A stretch of DNA of 64,000 nt from Gammaproteobacteria bacterium (GCA_965221695.1 OZ244905.1:608001-672000), one strand, 5' to 3'; numbered from the stretch's first letter, positions 29,441 through 41,576 are shown. The notes: a model not told the origin generated them from the sequence alone. Program-made: numbers and translations.

Positions 29441-30329
29441 GCCAGTGTTTAGCTATTTCCACCCGCCGGCAGATCCAGACTTTATCGTGTTCTAGCGCAT
29501 AATCCAGGAACCGCTCCAATGCAGCCGCCCTGCCCGGCTTACCGATAAGACGGCAGTGCAAACCGACGGACATCATCTTCGGCACGGTCTCGCCTTCCCT
29601 ATAGAGCAGGTCGAAGGCATCCCGCAGATAGCTGAAAAAATGCTCGCCGGTGTTAAAGCCCTGACTGGTGGCAAAACGCATGTCATTGGCATCCAAGGTA
29701 TACGGCACAACCAGGTGGGGCTTGCCGTTCACCAACTCCCAGTAAGGCAAATCATCCGCGTAGGAATCTGCGTCATAGAGAAAACCGCCATGCTCGACGA
29801 CCAGGCGGCGGGTATTCGGGCTGTCACGACCAGTGTACCAGCCTAACGGCTGGCTGCCCGTCAACGCAGTGATCGTATTCACTGCCAGTCTGATGTGCTC
29901 GCGCTCGGTATCTTCGTCGACAAACTGGTAATTAATCCAGCGCCAGCCGTGGCTTGCTATCTCATGTCCGTCTTCCAGCATAGCCTGTGCGGCCTCGGGG
30001 TTGCGCTGCAACGCCATTGCCACCCCGAATACGGTGACCCGGATGTTTCGCTCGCGCAAGATGCGCAGCAGCCGCCAGAAACCGGCCCTGCTACCGTATT
30101 CATACAAAGACTCCATGCTCTTGTGGCGCGCGCCGGCATAGGCTTCGGCGCCGATAATCTCAGATAAAAAAGTCTCGGATGCGGCATCTCCGTGCAATAC
30201 AGAATTTTCCGCGCCTTCCTCGTAGTTGAGCACGATCTGCAACGCAAGGCGCGCGCCGTTTGGCCATTGCGGATCGGGCGGATTTGCCCCGTAGCCGATT
30301 AAATCTCTTGGGTAAGCCTGATCACTCAT
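29412..30329 (-). CDS. puuE: Allantoinase PuuE (polysaccharide deacetylase fold)
   Basis: YPRDLIGYG, LNYEEGAE, YEYGSRAGFWR, SHGWRWI, GLHCRLIG; next to uraD and alc. Confidence 0.93.
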   Translation of the reverse strand: MSDQAYPRDLIGYGANPPDPQWPNGARLALQIVLNYEEGAENSVLHGDAASETFLSEIIGAEAYAGARHKSMESLYEYGSRAGFWRLLRILRERNIRVTVFGVAMALQRNPEAAQAMLEDGHEIASHGWRWINYQFVDEDTEREHIRLAVNTITALTGSQPLGWYTGRDSPNTRRLVVEHGGFLYDADSYADDLPYWELVNGKPHLVVPYTLDANDMRFATSQGFNTGEHFFSYLRDAFDLLYREGETVPKMMSVGLHCRLIGKPGRAAALERFLDYALEHDKVWICRRVEIAKHWHDKRPYSEK

Positions 30330-30375
30330 ATCTTATTAAACACTGTACAGGTGATATGTTAAAAAAACCATTATA

Positions 30376-31491
30376 ATGAAGCCCACAAAACAATCAGACT
30401 TTATCTCTGGCAATTACCCTATGGAAGAAGACTCCAGACTGCACGACATCAGGCACGCGTTTGTCGACCTGGCCGACAACCGCATGGGCGCCAAGGCAAT
30501 TTATTGCACTGATGATTTCTTTGCGCCCATGGAGAACCTGATAAAACCGGAGGAACCTGTGCATATACCCGGCAAGTTTACCGAGCACGGCAAGTGGATG
30601 GACGGCTGGGAATCCCGGCGCCGGCGCAGTGAGGGGCATGACTACTGTATCGTACGCCTGGGTGTAACCGGCATTATCAAGGCTGTGGACATCGATACCC
30701 GGTATTTTACCGGCAACTATCCGGCCCAGGCATCACTGGACGCGTGTTATTCGGAAGATCTACCGGACCAGACGACAAAATGGACAGAGATCATCCCAAA
30801 GTCCAGCCTGGAAGGCAATTCTCATAACATATTCGATTCCGACGATATCAATATCTGGACTCATGTCCGTTTGAACATCTATCCGGATGGGGGTGTGGCA
30901 CGTCTGCGCGTATACGGTCATGTCTACCGGGACTGGTCTGATGTAAGCAGCAAGCAGTTGATTGACCTGGCTGCAGTGGAGAATGGCGGCAGGACACTGG
31001 CCTGTAACGATGAACATTTCGGTTCCATGGGCAATATCAATATGCCTGGCCGGGGCATCAACATGGGCGACGGCTGGGAAACCCGGCGCCGGCGTGACGC
31101 TGGCCATGACTGGCTCATCCTGCAACTCGGTCATGCCGGAATCATCGATAGTATTAACATCGACACCGCTTTTTTCAAGGGCAACTACCCCGACCGGGTC
31201 AGCCTGGATGCCCTGAACCTGGCCGGTTTTACAAAGGACGCGCCCACACTGGAAGAAGTTGCCTGGCATGATGTCATCGGTCTCATCCTGGAGCAGAACC
31301 CTGATGCACTGCTTGAGAATGGAGCCAGTTGGCAGATACTCTTGCCTGAATACAAATTGGGACCTGACCAAGAGCACATCTTGACAGAAGAGTTGCAGGA
31401 CACAGGGCCGGTCAGCCATATCCGGATCAACATACACCCTGACGGCGGCCTCAGCCGCTTACGAGTACTTGGCTACAAATATAGCGATTAA
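30376..31491 (+). CDS. alc: Allantoicase
   Basis: Two repeats with DGWESRRRR / DGWETRRRR and YPDGGVARLRV / HPDGGLSRLRV. Confidence 0.94.
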   Translation: MKPTKQSDFISGNYPMEEDSRLHDIRHAFVDLADNRMGAKAIYCTDDFFAPMENLIKPEEPVHIPGKFTEHGKWMDGWESRRRRSEGHDYCIVRLGVTGIIKAVDIDTRYFTGNYPAQASLDACYSEDLPDQTTKWTEIIPKSSLEGNSHNIFDSDDINIWTHVRLNIYPDGGVARLRVYGHVYRDWSDVSSKQLIDLAAVENGGRTLACNDEHFGSMGNINMPGRGINMGDGWETRRRRDAGHDWLILQLGHAGIIDSINIDTAFFKGNYPDRVSLDALNLAGFTKDAPTLEEVAWHDVIGLILEQNPDALLENGASWQILLPEYKLGPDQEHILTEELQDTGPVSHIRINIHPDGGLSRLRVLGYKYSD

Positions 31492-31492
31492 T

Positions 31493-32053
31493 ATGGAGAA
31501 AATTTACATCCGTTCCCAGCAACTACTGGAAGACTCGTTCCGCCTGGCTGCGACCATCTACGCCAGCGGTTTCCGTCCTCATTTCATCGTGGGAATCTGG
31601 CGCGGCGGTTCGCCGGTAGGCATTGCTGTTCAGGAATATTTTGAATTTCGCGGCGTGCAGACAGACCATATTGCCATCCGCACTTCTTCCTACACCGGGA
31701 TCGGCAAACAATCGAAGCTGATCCGCGTGCACGGCCTGCATTATATTATCGAAAACGTGAATGCCGAGGATGCCCTGCTCATCGTCGATGACGTGTTCGA
31801 TTCCGGCCGCAGCATCAAGGCGGCGCTGGATGAACTGAAAGAAAAGACCCGACGCAATATGCCCGTCAATTTGAAAGTCGCCTGTCCCTGGTACAAGCCG
31901 GGAAATAACAAAACAAACATTGTGCCGGACTATTACATTCACGAAACCGACAAATGGCTGGTATTTCCGCACGAACTTGCCGGGTTGACCATTGAGGAAA
32001 TCAGGTCAGGCAAACATGACTTGAGCGAAATCTGCGACCTCTTGATCGATTAA
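31493..32053 (+). CDS. Purine phosphoribosyltransferase-like protein
   Basis: GIWRGG, PRPP loop LIVDDVFDSGRS, WLVFPHE; start re-assigned to ATG 31493. Confidence 0.85.
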   Translation: MEKIYIRSQQLLEDSFRLAATIYASGFRPHFIVGIWRGGSPVGIAVQEYFEFRGVQTDHIAIRTSSYTGIGKQSKLIRVHGLHYIIENVNAEDALLIVDDVFDSGRSIKAALDELKEKTRRNMPVNLKVACPWYKPGNNKTNIVPDYYIHETDKWLVFPHELAGLTIEEIRSGKHDLSEICDLLID

Positions 32054-32124
32054 AACAAAGCCGTTTCAATCCAGTTCTGATTTATTGCTAGAATTCAGCC
32101 CGAAACTCATAAGCGGGGAGCAAC

Positions 32125-33585
32125 ATGTTCATAAAACGATACTTTACTGCGCTGGCTTTTCTAATGCTGTTTCTTGCCGCCCAGGTGAATGGGCAACAAT
32201 ACGGGAATACGGATTTCCATGCCAGCGGCGACCCCGAAGCCCATGCCTTGTTCATTCGCGGCCTGGTGATGTTACACAATTTTGAATATGAAGACGCCAG
32301 GGCGATGTTCCGGCAGGCGCGCAACTTGGATCCGGACTTCGTAATGGCCTATTGGGGCGAGGCGCTGACCCACGAGCATCCTCTCTGGAACCAGCAGAAC
32401 CTGAACGCGGCCAGGGCCGTGTTGGAGCAGTTGGCGCCTACTGCCGAAGAGCGGGTGGAAAAAGCGCAGACCGAACGGGAAAAAGCCTATATTCGTTCGG
32501 TCAATGTCCTGTTCGGCGAGGGAGACGATCGGGAACGGGATTACGCCTACAACGCTGCCTTGGAGAAAATCAGCAATACCTGGCCTGAGGATATTGACGC
32601 GGGAGCGCTATACGCGCTATCAACGCTCACCACCAGCCATGACGGCCGGGATTTTTACAAGTTCATGCGAGCCGGCGCCATCACGGAGGAATTGATGGAC
32701 CGCGCCCCACGACATCCCGGTGTCCTACATTACAACATCCACAGCTACGATGACCCGGTCCACGCTCCATTGGGCTTGCGCGCTGCGGACATCTATTCCG
32801 ACGTGGCGCCCGCTGCGGTGCATGCCCTGCATATGCCGTCTCACATCTATTTTGCCTTGGGCGACTATGAACGGGCCGGCCAGTTGAACAAGCGTTCATT
32901 CGATGCGGCCCTGAAACGGATGCGTAAAAACGATCTCCCTTACAATGGCCAGGCCTATCACTCTCTGTCCTGGCTGATTTATGCGCGCCTCCAAGAAGGC
33001 CGTTTCGACGAAGCCAGGCGTCTACTTGGCTACGCCGAGCGGGAGTGGAAAAATGCCGACACACCGACTAACCGTATCGGTTTTATCACTTGTCGTAGCA
33101 ACTACATCATTGATACCCAGGCCTGGAACGATCCGCTGCTGGACCTGGAAGTCAGCTACGACAAGGTATGGTCCTCCGCTATCGCCATGGATCAATACGT
33201 AATGGGTCTGCGGGCGTTGCGCCAGGGTGATGCCGATAAAGCGATGGCGATTGTGACTTCATTTGTGAGTTCGCCCAATCCGGAAAGCAGGAGTATCCGC
33301 GCCGCTGCGCCGACAGTCCTGAAACTGCTTCTCGAAGGCCATCTGCTTATCGCTGAAGGAAACCAGGAGCAGGGACTGGCGCTGATGCAGGAAGCCGTTG
33401 ACCTGGAACAAAGCCTTGAACCGGCTATCGGCCCGGCTATGCCCCAGCCCGCGGCAGAAGCCCTGGCAGAGGTATACCTGGAAATCGGCGCTACGGAGCA
33501 GGCCCGAAAAAACTACCAACTGTCGCTGACCCGCGCCGTCAACCGCCGACGCTCACTCGAGGGTTTAACCCGGATTTCTCACTAA
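32125..33585 (+). CDS. Exported TPR-repeat protein
   Basis: Signal peptide; GLVMLHNFEY, DPDFVMAYWG, HPGVLHYNIH, HALHMPSHIY. Confidence 0.75.
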   Translation: MFIKRYFTALAFLMLFLAAQVNGQQYGNTDFHASGDPEAHALFIRGLVMLHNFEYEDARAMFRQARNLDPDFVMAYWGEALTHEHPLWNQQNLNAARAVLEQLAPTAEERVEKAQTEREKAYIRSVNVLFGEGDDRERDYAYNAALEKISNTWPEDIDAGALYALSTLTTSHDGRDFYKFMRAGAITEELMDRAPRHPGVLHYNIHSYDDPVHAPLGLRAADIYSDVAPAAVHALHMPSHIYFALGDYERAGQLNKRSFDAALKRMRKNDLPYNGQAYHSLSWLIYARLQEGRFDEARRLLGYAEREWKNADTPTNRIGFITCRSNYIIDTQAWNDPLLDLEVSYDKVWSSAIAMDQYVMGLRALRQGDADKAMAIVTSFVSSPNPESRSIRAAAPTVLKLLLEGHLLIAEGNQEQGLALMQEAVDLEQSLEPAIGPAMPQPAAEALAEVYLEIGATEQARKNYQLSLTRAVNRRRSLEGLTRISH

Positions 33586-33607
33586 AGAGTCGCCCTGCGG
33601 GCGACAC
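33586..33607. repeat. Short hairpin repeat, same family as 11591; possible terminator
   Basis: AGAGTCGCCCTGCGGGCGACAC followed by AAAATTT directly after a stop codon. Confidence 0.5.
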
Positions 33608-33700
33608 AAAATTTAGCTGGACTCCTGCGGTTGCGAGAGTGGTTCTCTGGTAGCGGCCGCGGAACTGGTAGACGCTGGCAGACAATGTCAGATTGAATCG

Positions 33701-35026
33701 TCAATACCTCGCGAGAAGGTAGAGCCAGTAAATGGTTTTATCCGCGCTCTGGGCGGCATTGCGAGCGAGGTTAAGCGCATTCCGGTCGGCATTATAATCC
33801 GCATATTTAAAACCCACGGTGTAATGTTTGTAAAAGTTTTTTTCCACGAGTATATCCAGTTCATTGCCGTAGTCGTAAGAGTCCTTGTCCGTTTTCAGCA
33901 TATGATAAGATAACGCCAGGTCTGTGTTATAGATCGACGTAGTATAGTTAATATAGGTATCTTCAATGCCATCTCCAGGTGTAATCACGAAACGATCGGC
34001 CCACCCCTGGAATGCGTGATTAGTGCCAAGTATGGTGACAAACCTGTCGGCGCCGCCATCGCCGCCGAGCAATTCATAATTGGCAGTCAGAGAAAAGGAT
34101 TTAACTGGCCCCTGTCCGCCGCTCCAGGCGACGCCGCCGGCAGTCAGCAGATAATCGGCATTGATATGCTTCTTGTTATTGGCCTGGTCGCGCTGGTTTG
34201 CATACTCAAATGTATACAATATCCGCCAGGACTCATTTACCCGCCAGGCGCCTGACAGGCGTATGCCCAGCGTTCCGACGGAAAAAGCGGCAGCATTGTC
34301 AAAATCCAGCCAATAACCATAAGCCTCAATTTTTGCCTTGACAGATTTGTCATACAGGACGTTCAACAAATGTGAATTACTGTCAAATTTGTCCAGCGGG
34401 TCGGGAGCGTCGTTACCGAATATACGATTGACCTGCCAAGTGTAGCCGTATCTGATCTTGAGATGCTCAACCGGTGTCATCTCAACGGTCAGCGCGTCAT
34501 GGGTTTGCCAGTTCTGCCGCCATAATACCGTGCCCAGATAACGATGCAGCGGCGCTTTGCGCCAGGTGATGATTTGTCGTCCCACTTTCATACGCGTAGC
34601 CGGCAAACCGTTAAAACTCAGCCAGGCTTGATTGAGTTCCGTGCCGTTCGGGTCGGCGACAACGGCATAATCAGTTTTGTCATTGGAGCCGTTGTTAAAA
34701 TCATCGGGGCCGAGTTCACTGATATGTTCGAACTCAATGCCGGCATTAAAACCATGGAAAGACGCTGTATCGTAACCCAGTACCAACCGGAGTGTAGAGG
34801 CTTCGGCTGTCTTCAATGGGTTACTGCCGGCAGCTCGCCCATCATCCTCTACCCGCTCAAAACGATAGCGTCCGACAAAGCGAAACTTGCCTCCTAATAT
34901 TGCATCTTCTAAACGCTGCGTTGGGCGCTGCGCCTGAATGTCCGCATTGACCCGATGAGAAGCGCAGGAAAAGATCAGCGCCAAACCGATAAAACCACAG
35001 CCCAGATGGGCATATACATCTCTCAT
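33701..35026 (-). CDS. Alginate export family (AlgE-like) outer-membrane beta-barrel
   Basis: RYRFERV, VADPNGTELNQAW, KVGRQ, WRQNWQTHD, LGTNHAFQGWADRF; aromatic C-terminus. Confidence 0.8.
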   Translation of the reverse strand: MRDVYAHLGCGFIGLALIFSCASHRVNADIQAQRPTQRLEDAILGGKFRFVGRYRFERVEDDGRAAGSNPLKTAEASTLRLVLGYDTASFHGFNAGIEFEHISELGPDDFNNGSNDKTDYAVVADPNGTELNQAWLSFNGLPATRMKVGRQIITWRKAPLHRYLGTVLWRQNWQTHDALTVEMTPVEHLKIRYGYTWQVNRIFGNDAPDPLDKFDSNSHLLNVLYDKSVKAKIEAYGYWLDFDNAAAFSVGTLGIRLSGAWRVNESWRILYTFEYANQRDQANNKKHINADYLLTAGGVAWSGGQGPVKSFSLTANYELLGGDGGADRFVTILGTNHAFQGWADRFVITPGDGIEDTYINYTTSIYNTDLALSYHMLKTDKDSYDYGNELDILVEKNFYKHYTVGFKYADYNADRNALNLARNAAQSADKTIYWLYLLARY

Positions 35027-35139
35027 AGGTTTTCTCCTCGCAAAACCGGCGCGTTATGTAAAGGGCCTCCGCTTCAGCCGGAAGCTCCTGCAGCGCAGGT
35101 ATGTGTCATCGAAGATAATCTCCAATAAGTTGCGATTCC

Positions 35140-35153
35140 TTGATACCGGTCAA
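35140..35153. promoter_or_regulatory. FNR/DNR box upstream of the TonB receptor
   Basis: TTGAT-ACCG-GTCAA, with a CATAAT -10-like hexamer at 35175-35180, spacing typical of a class II activated promoter. Confidence 0.8.
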
Positions 35154-35190
35154 GTTATTCAACAATTCGGCAACCATAATATCAGCCACC

Positions 35191-37356
35191 ATGAAACGCT
35201 CTTTACTGCTTGCCTGTTTCGTCCTCTCCATCTTATGGGGGTTCTCTCCCGGCGCCACAGCCAAGGATTTTCTCGAAGAAATCGTTGTGGTCGGCAGCAA
35301 AACCGAACGGCCGCGTTGGACCGTCTCCGGCCAGGTGGAAACATTCACCCGGGAACGACTGGACTGGCAACAAGTCGCTGAGTTCAGCGATGTCAGCCGT
35401 TACGCGCCAGCATTGGAAGCAGATTACAGTGGCAGCCGCTTCGGCTTTACCGGCCTTTCAATTCGCGGCGTGGGAGATAACCGAGTGGCTCTGGAACTGG
35501 ACGGCTCACCATTGCCACAACAGCTTGACGTTGGCAGTTTTGCGGATAACGGCCGCCTGGCGCTTGACCCAGCAACCATCAAGCGCATCGAAATCCTGCG
35601 CGGTCCCGCATCAGCGCTGTATGGTTCGGACGCGATTGGCGGCGTCGTGATCATTGACACTGTTGACGGCGCTGACCTGGTTGATGCTGGCCGACGCTAC
35701 TACTGTGGCGCAAACGGCGGCTATTACAGCGCCGATAATTCAAAACATGGCCAAGCCACTTGCGCCTGGGCGAACGATACCGACAGCGCCATGCTCTCTG
35801 TGAGCCGGCGCGCCGGCCATGCATTAGAGAACCGGGCCAGGGATGTGGAAAGTGACCGTGTCAAGTTCAACCAATGGCAATGGTTTGCAAAATGGAGTCA
35901 TGCATTTAATCACGGCGGCAACTTGCGCTTCCTGGTCGATTATTTCAGCCGTAACACAAGCAGCGACCTGCGCGCGCAACTGGGATATGAGCGTTTTGCC
36001 AGTACCACAAAACTACAAGGCGACGATGAACAGCAGCGTTACCGGATAGCGTTGCAATATGACCTGCCCGCCTGGCGCTGGTCAGATCAGCTCAGGCTGC
36101 TAGCCTATTACCAGCATAACGATACCGAACAACAGACCGAACAATACCGTCGCAGCTTTGGCGCCCCGGTATTCCTGCAACGGAATTTCTTCCTCACTGA
36201 GCAAAACCTGGGCGGCGAAATTAAATCCAGGCATGAGTTCAGTGTCGCCGGGCTTGATCATGTGTTGCTTGCGGGTATGGAATGGGATCGGCAACGGCTG
36301 CTCGAAAGACGCAATGCCAGCCAGACAAATCGGATAAGCGGACAGGTGACAAACACTGTTCTGGGAGAAACCTTTCCCCTGCGAGACATGCCAAAATCCA
36401 CGACTGACAAAGTGGGAATCTTCATCCAGAATGAGATCCTGTGGAAAAACCTGACCCTGACGCCGGCGCTTCGCTGGGACTATTTCAAACTTGATTCCGA
36501 TACCGACTCTTATGTTACCGACAAGACCTTGCTGACCGACCTGAGCAGCGCTGACCTGACCGCGCGTCTGGGTCTGGTATGGCGATTGAGCGACGATTTT
36601 TCTGTTTATGCCCATTACGCGGAAGGATTCCGAGCGCCACCGGCGGAAGACGTCAACCTGTTTCTTGATATTGCTCTGTTCAACTATCGCTCGTTGCCAA
36701 ACCCCGATTTAAAACCGGAACGTTCGCGCAACCTTGAAATCGGTTTTCTACTGCGCTGGCACGGGTTGTCAGTAGAAGCCGGCGCATACCACTCACGCTA
36801 TCGCAACTTTATCGAAACTCGCGCGTTAATCGGCCCTGACCCGGACACGGGAGGATTGTTATTTCAGTCCCGAAACCTTGAAGATTCGACCATTTATGGC
36901 TTTGAAGCCAACTTGAGCCAATCGCTTGAGTCGCTACGCCTGATGCATCGGGGATGGCACATCGATGCCGGCCTGCACTGGGCCCGGGGGGAAAATGACG
37001 TGACCTCATTGCCACTAAATTCGGTCAATCCGCTAAAAGCGGTGATCGGGCTGCGTCGGGAAATAGCATCGCAGCCTTTTGCAGCCAGCTTGCGAGTGGT
37101 CCATTATGGCAAACAACATCGTACTGATTTTAGCGCCGGCGATTTTTTTGTGCCTTCTTCCGCAACAGTAGCAGACCTGACGCTCTGCTGGAAACAATCC
37201 GAGCGTCTGCGCTGGTTTCTCGGCATATATAACCTGACGAATAAACGTTATCAGCGTTATACCGAAACGCGCAGGCTGAAACCGGATGACCCAAGACTGG
37301 AAATTCTGACCCAACCGGGGATTAACGCGGCGCTGACCCTGCACATCGATTTTTAA
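35191..37356 (+). CDS. TonB-dependent receptor, heme/hemoglobin class
   Basis: TonB box LEEIVVVG, plug IEILRGPASALYGSDAIGGV, FRAP and NPDL motifs, terminal F; start re-assigned to ATG 35191 (signal peptide MKRSLLLAC). Confidence 0.88.
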   Translation: MKRSLLLACFVLSILWGFSPGATAKDFLEEIVVVGSKTERPRWTVSGQVETFTRERLDWQQVAEFSDVSRYAPALEADYSGSRFGFTGLSIRGVGDNRVALELDGSPLPQQLDVGSFADNGRLALDPATIKRIEILRGPASALYGSDAIGGVVIIDTVDGADLVDAGRRYYCGANGGYYSADNSKHGQATCAWANDTDSAMLSVSRRAGHALENRARDVESDRVKFNQWQWFAKWSHAFNHGGNLRFLVDYFSRNTSSDLRAQLGYERFASTTKLQGDDEQQRYRIALQYDLPAWRWSDQLRLLAYYQHNDTEQQTEQYRRSFGAPVFLQRNFFLTEQNLGGEIKSRHEFSVAGLDHVLLAGMEWDRQRLLERRNASQTNRISGQVTNTVLGETFPLRDMPKSTTDKVGIFIQNEILWKNLTLTPALRWDYFKLDSDTDSYVTDKTLLTDLSSADLTARLGLVWRLSDDFSVYAHYAEGFRAPPAEDVNLFLDIALFNYRSLPNPDLKPERSRNLEIGFLLRWHGLSVEAGAYHSRYRNFIETRALIGPDPDTGGLLFQSRNLEDSTIYGFEANLSQSLESLRLMHRGWHIDAGLHWARGENDVTSLPLNSVNPLKAVIGLRREIASQPFAASLRVVHYGKQHRTDFSAGDFFVPSSATVADLTLCWKQSERLRWFLGIYNLTNKRYQRYTETRRLKPDDPRLEILTQPGINAALTLHIDF

Positions 37357-37371
37357 TAAAAGCGCCACGAA

Positions 37372-37385
37372 TTGATCAGTGTCAA
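37372..37385. promoter_or_regulatory. FNR/DNR box upstream of nirS
   Basis: TTGAT-CAGT-GTCAA about 60 bp before the nirS ATG; RBS GAGGAG at 37434. Confidence 0.85.
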
Positions 37386-37431
37386 GAGACTACAGCCAAT
37401 AACCTGCTATTTTTTCGCTGTGTTCTGTTAG

Positions 37432-39510
<2,079 letters not shown>

Positions 39511-39564
39511 CTCGGATTATTCTCCGAGGCTCGCCTCAGAACAGGTGTAGAAGTTACAACTAAG

Positions 39565-39647
39565 GGAAGCTCTGACAAGTCCATCCAGGACTTGTCAGAG
39601 AGCGGCACAGTTTCTGTGTCGCAGAACCTTTGATTTAATCAGAGGTT
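39565..39647 (-). mobile_element. Internally deleted, inverted copy of the GGAANCTCTGA MITE
   Basis: GGAAGCTCTGACAAGTCCATCCAGGACTTGTCAGAG is the reverse complement of the right end of the 54973 element; ends in GAACCTTTGATTTAATCAGAGGTT. Confidence 0.75.
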
Positions 39648-39702
39648 GGTTAATCGATGTGTTCAATCCGCCGCCAGTCGGCCTCAGTTGTGATGGTGTA
39701 AA

Positions 39703-40431
39703 ATGTCTTATCCAGATGTAACAGTTGCGCATAATGCCGACAAAAAAGTTTTCCCATTTAACCCCTTGGAAAAAATGTTCAAACAGGACTTGTTCCAGGA
39801 CCTGAACGCCGCACAGCGTTCGCTGATCCGCTCTTCAATTCGCACTATCCGTCTGAAGCAGGGTCAGACCCTGTTTCAACAGGGAATGCCGGCCAGGTCA
39901 TTCTATTTTATTGTCAATGGCTGGATAACGTTATTCCGTCTGCATGAAAGCGGCGCCACCACCGTGATACATACTTTTGGCGCTGGGGATATGTTCGGCG
40001 AGGTCGCGGCGCTGGCCATCAACAGCTATCCTGTTACGGCTGATGCGGCAACAGATACGATCGTGTATTCAATACCGGCTGCCGCTTATCGTGCACTGAT
40101 AGAACGGGATGCCCGCCTCGCGATACGCGTTATCAACAGCCTGGAACAACGCGTCCGCATCTTGATCAGCGAGTTTGAACGTTGCCAGCAAGACTCCGGC
40201 GTAAACCGGCTGGCGTCGTTCCTGGTCGAATTGTCTCGCCGCTCAAACTCAAACAATGGTCACTACATGCTGCCGTTCAGCAAACAAACGCTGGCAGGCA
40301 TGTTGCATATCCAACCGGAAACTCTGTCACGCGCGTTCTCGGTACTGCGTAAATACGGCGTAAAAAGCTACCGTAATGGCCGCGTGCACATTCCGGATAT
40401 GCGCGCTCTGAACACCCTCCTCCGCGAATAA
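39703..40431 (+). CDS. Crp/Fnr family regulator, DNR/NnrR type
   Basis: cNMP-like domain (LFQQG, GDMFGEVA), recognition helix PETLSR, no Fe-S cysteine cluster. Confidence 0.88.
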   Translation: MSYPDVTVAHNADKKVFPFNPLEKMFKQDLFQDLNAAQRSLIRSSIRTIRLKQGQTLFQQGMPARSFYFIVNGWITLFRLHESGATTVIHTFGAGDMFGEVAALAINSYPVTADAATDTIVYSIPAAAYRALIERDARLAIRVINSLEQRVRILISEFERCQQDSGVNRLASFLVELSRRSNSNNGHYMLPFSKQTLAGMLHIQPETLSRAFSVLRKYGVKSYRNGRVHIPDMRALNTLLRE

Positions 40432-40483
40432 AACAAGAGGCGTTCGCATACAAGCGCAGGCTTACGCCGGGAGCGCGGATATC

Positions 40484-40537
40484 CTAGCCCGAAAATCTCA
40501 GCGATCATCGCATCAATTGGTGAGATATTCGGTCTAA
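40484..40537. repeat. Miniature inverted-repeat remnant
   Basis: CTAG-CCCGAAAATCTCA...TGAGATATTCGGT-CTAA imperfect inverted repeat between convergent genes. Confidence 0.5.
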
Positions 40538-40592
40538 AGAAAGCAGAGATTCCTGTTGTTTGCTCCGACTGACCTCACACTTTCGTTGCAGT

Positions 40593-41576
40593 TCAATCCA
40601 GGTCCAGTTTGAACAACTCAATGGCATTGGAGCGTCCTATCTTCACGCGCTCCTCCTCGGTGATTACGCTGGTGGCGTCGTACCAGTCCGCCGCATCCTC
40701 CATGCGTTCAAACGGATAGTCGGCGGAGAAGTAGAGCCTGTCCTTACCCAGCACATCCAGGGCGCAGCGGAACGCCGGATCGTCAAACAAGCCGCTAACG
40801 GTGATATGGAAATGCTCCCGGAAGTAATCGCCCAGCGGGCGTTTGCCGCGGTAGCCGCGTCGGGAAAATCGCATGCGCGCATCAAGACGCCACAGGGCAA
40901 ACGGGATATTCTCTCCCATATGACCCACGGCTATCTTCAGGTTGGGAAAATCATCGAACACGCCGGAACCGCACAGGCGCAACGCGTGGATCGAGGTTTC
41001 CACCGCGAAGCCCCAGGGAGCGCTCATCAACCAGGGGTGCCCATCATAGTTTCTGGCCTGGGCGGGAATCTGCATACGCGGGTGCAGGTAAAAAGGCACG
41101 TCCAGGTCCGATACCGCCGCCCAGAAGTCACGGTACTCCGGTATGTCGTAGTATATCGCCGTGTCCGGTTCGTCTTTTTGGGTAAACCCGTTTACCAGCG
41201 CGCCCTTGAAACCGAGTTCATTGACACACCGCTCCACCTCCGCAGCCGCGGCAGCGGGGTCTTGCATGGGCAGCGCAGCCATGCCGGCATAACGGTTCGG
41301 GTGTTGGGTCACCGCGTCGGCAATACGGTTGTTCGCCTTGCGCGCAAGCTCGATGGCTTGCTCAGTATCCAGAATCGCCTGCAGGCCCGGCGCATTGAGA
41401 GACAGCAGCGCCAGTTCGATTCCGGTCTTATCCATTGCCGCGAGGCGCATGTCGTCGACATCCAGAAGTTCCAGGGTAAACTCGTCCCATCTACCCGAAT
41501 CGCCGGCAAATGCTTTGGCATTGCCGACGGTTTCTTCGATGGCCAAGTGTTCTTCAAATGCGATTTTGCCTTTCAT
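40593..41576 (-). CDS. Amidohydrolase-2 non-oxidative decarboxylase, gamma-resorcylate/2,3-dihydroxybenzoate type
   Basis: MKGKIAFEEH, LSLNAPG, FYLHPR, YDGHPWL, GHMGE, FSADYPFE; 327 aa like characterised gamma-resorcylate decarboxylases. Confidence 0.88.
   Translation of the reverse strand: MKGKIAFEEHLAIEETVGNAKAFAGDSGRWDEFTLELLDVDDMRLAAMDKTGIELALLSLNAPGLQAILDTEQAIELARKANNRIADAVTQHPNRYAGMAALPMQDPAAAAAEVERCVNELGFKGALVNGFTQKDEPDTAIYYDIPEYRDFWAAVSDLDVPFYLHPRMQIPAQARNYDGHPWLMSAPWGFAVETSIHALRLCGSGVFDDFPNLKIAVGHMGENIPFALWRLDARMRFSRRGYRGKRPLGDYFREHFHITVSGLFDDPAFRCALDVLGKDRLYFSADYPFERMEDAADWYDATSVITEEERVKIGRSNAIELFKLDLD

Noticed and set aside
27583-32053. Purine catabolism cluster as novel
   Set aside because: uraD, puuE and alc form a well-described allantoin pathway.
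33659-33675. GCGGAACTGGTAGACGC resembling a tRNA-Leu D-arm
   Set aside because: No acceptor stem, anticodon arm or TTC loop around it; chance match or unverifiable relic.
35107-35125. Fur box upstream of the heme receptor
   Set aside because: Only about 9 of 19 positions match GATAATGATAATCATTATC; the FNR/DNR box is far stronger.
39631-39644. FNR box before the DNR-type gene
   Set aside because: TTGAT is not followed by RTCAA at 4-nt spacing, and the sequence belongs to the MITE end.
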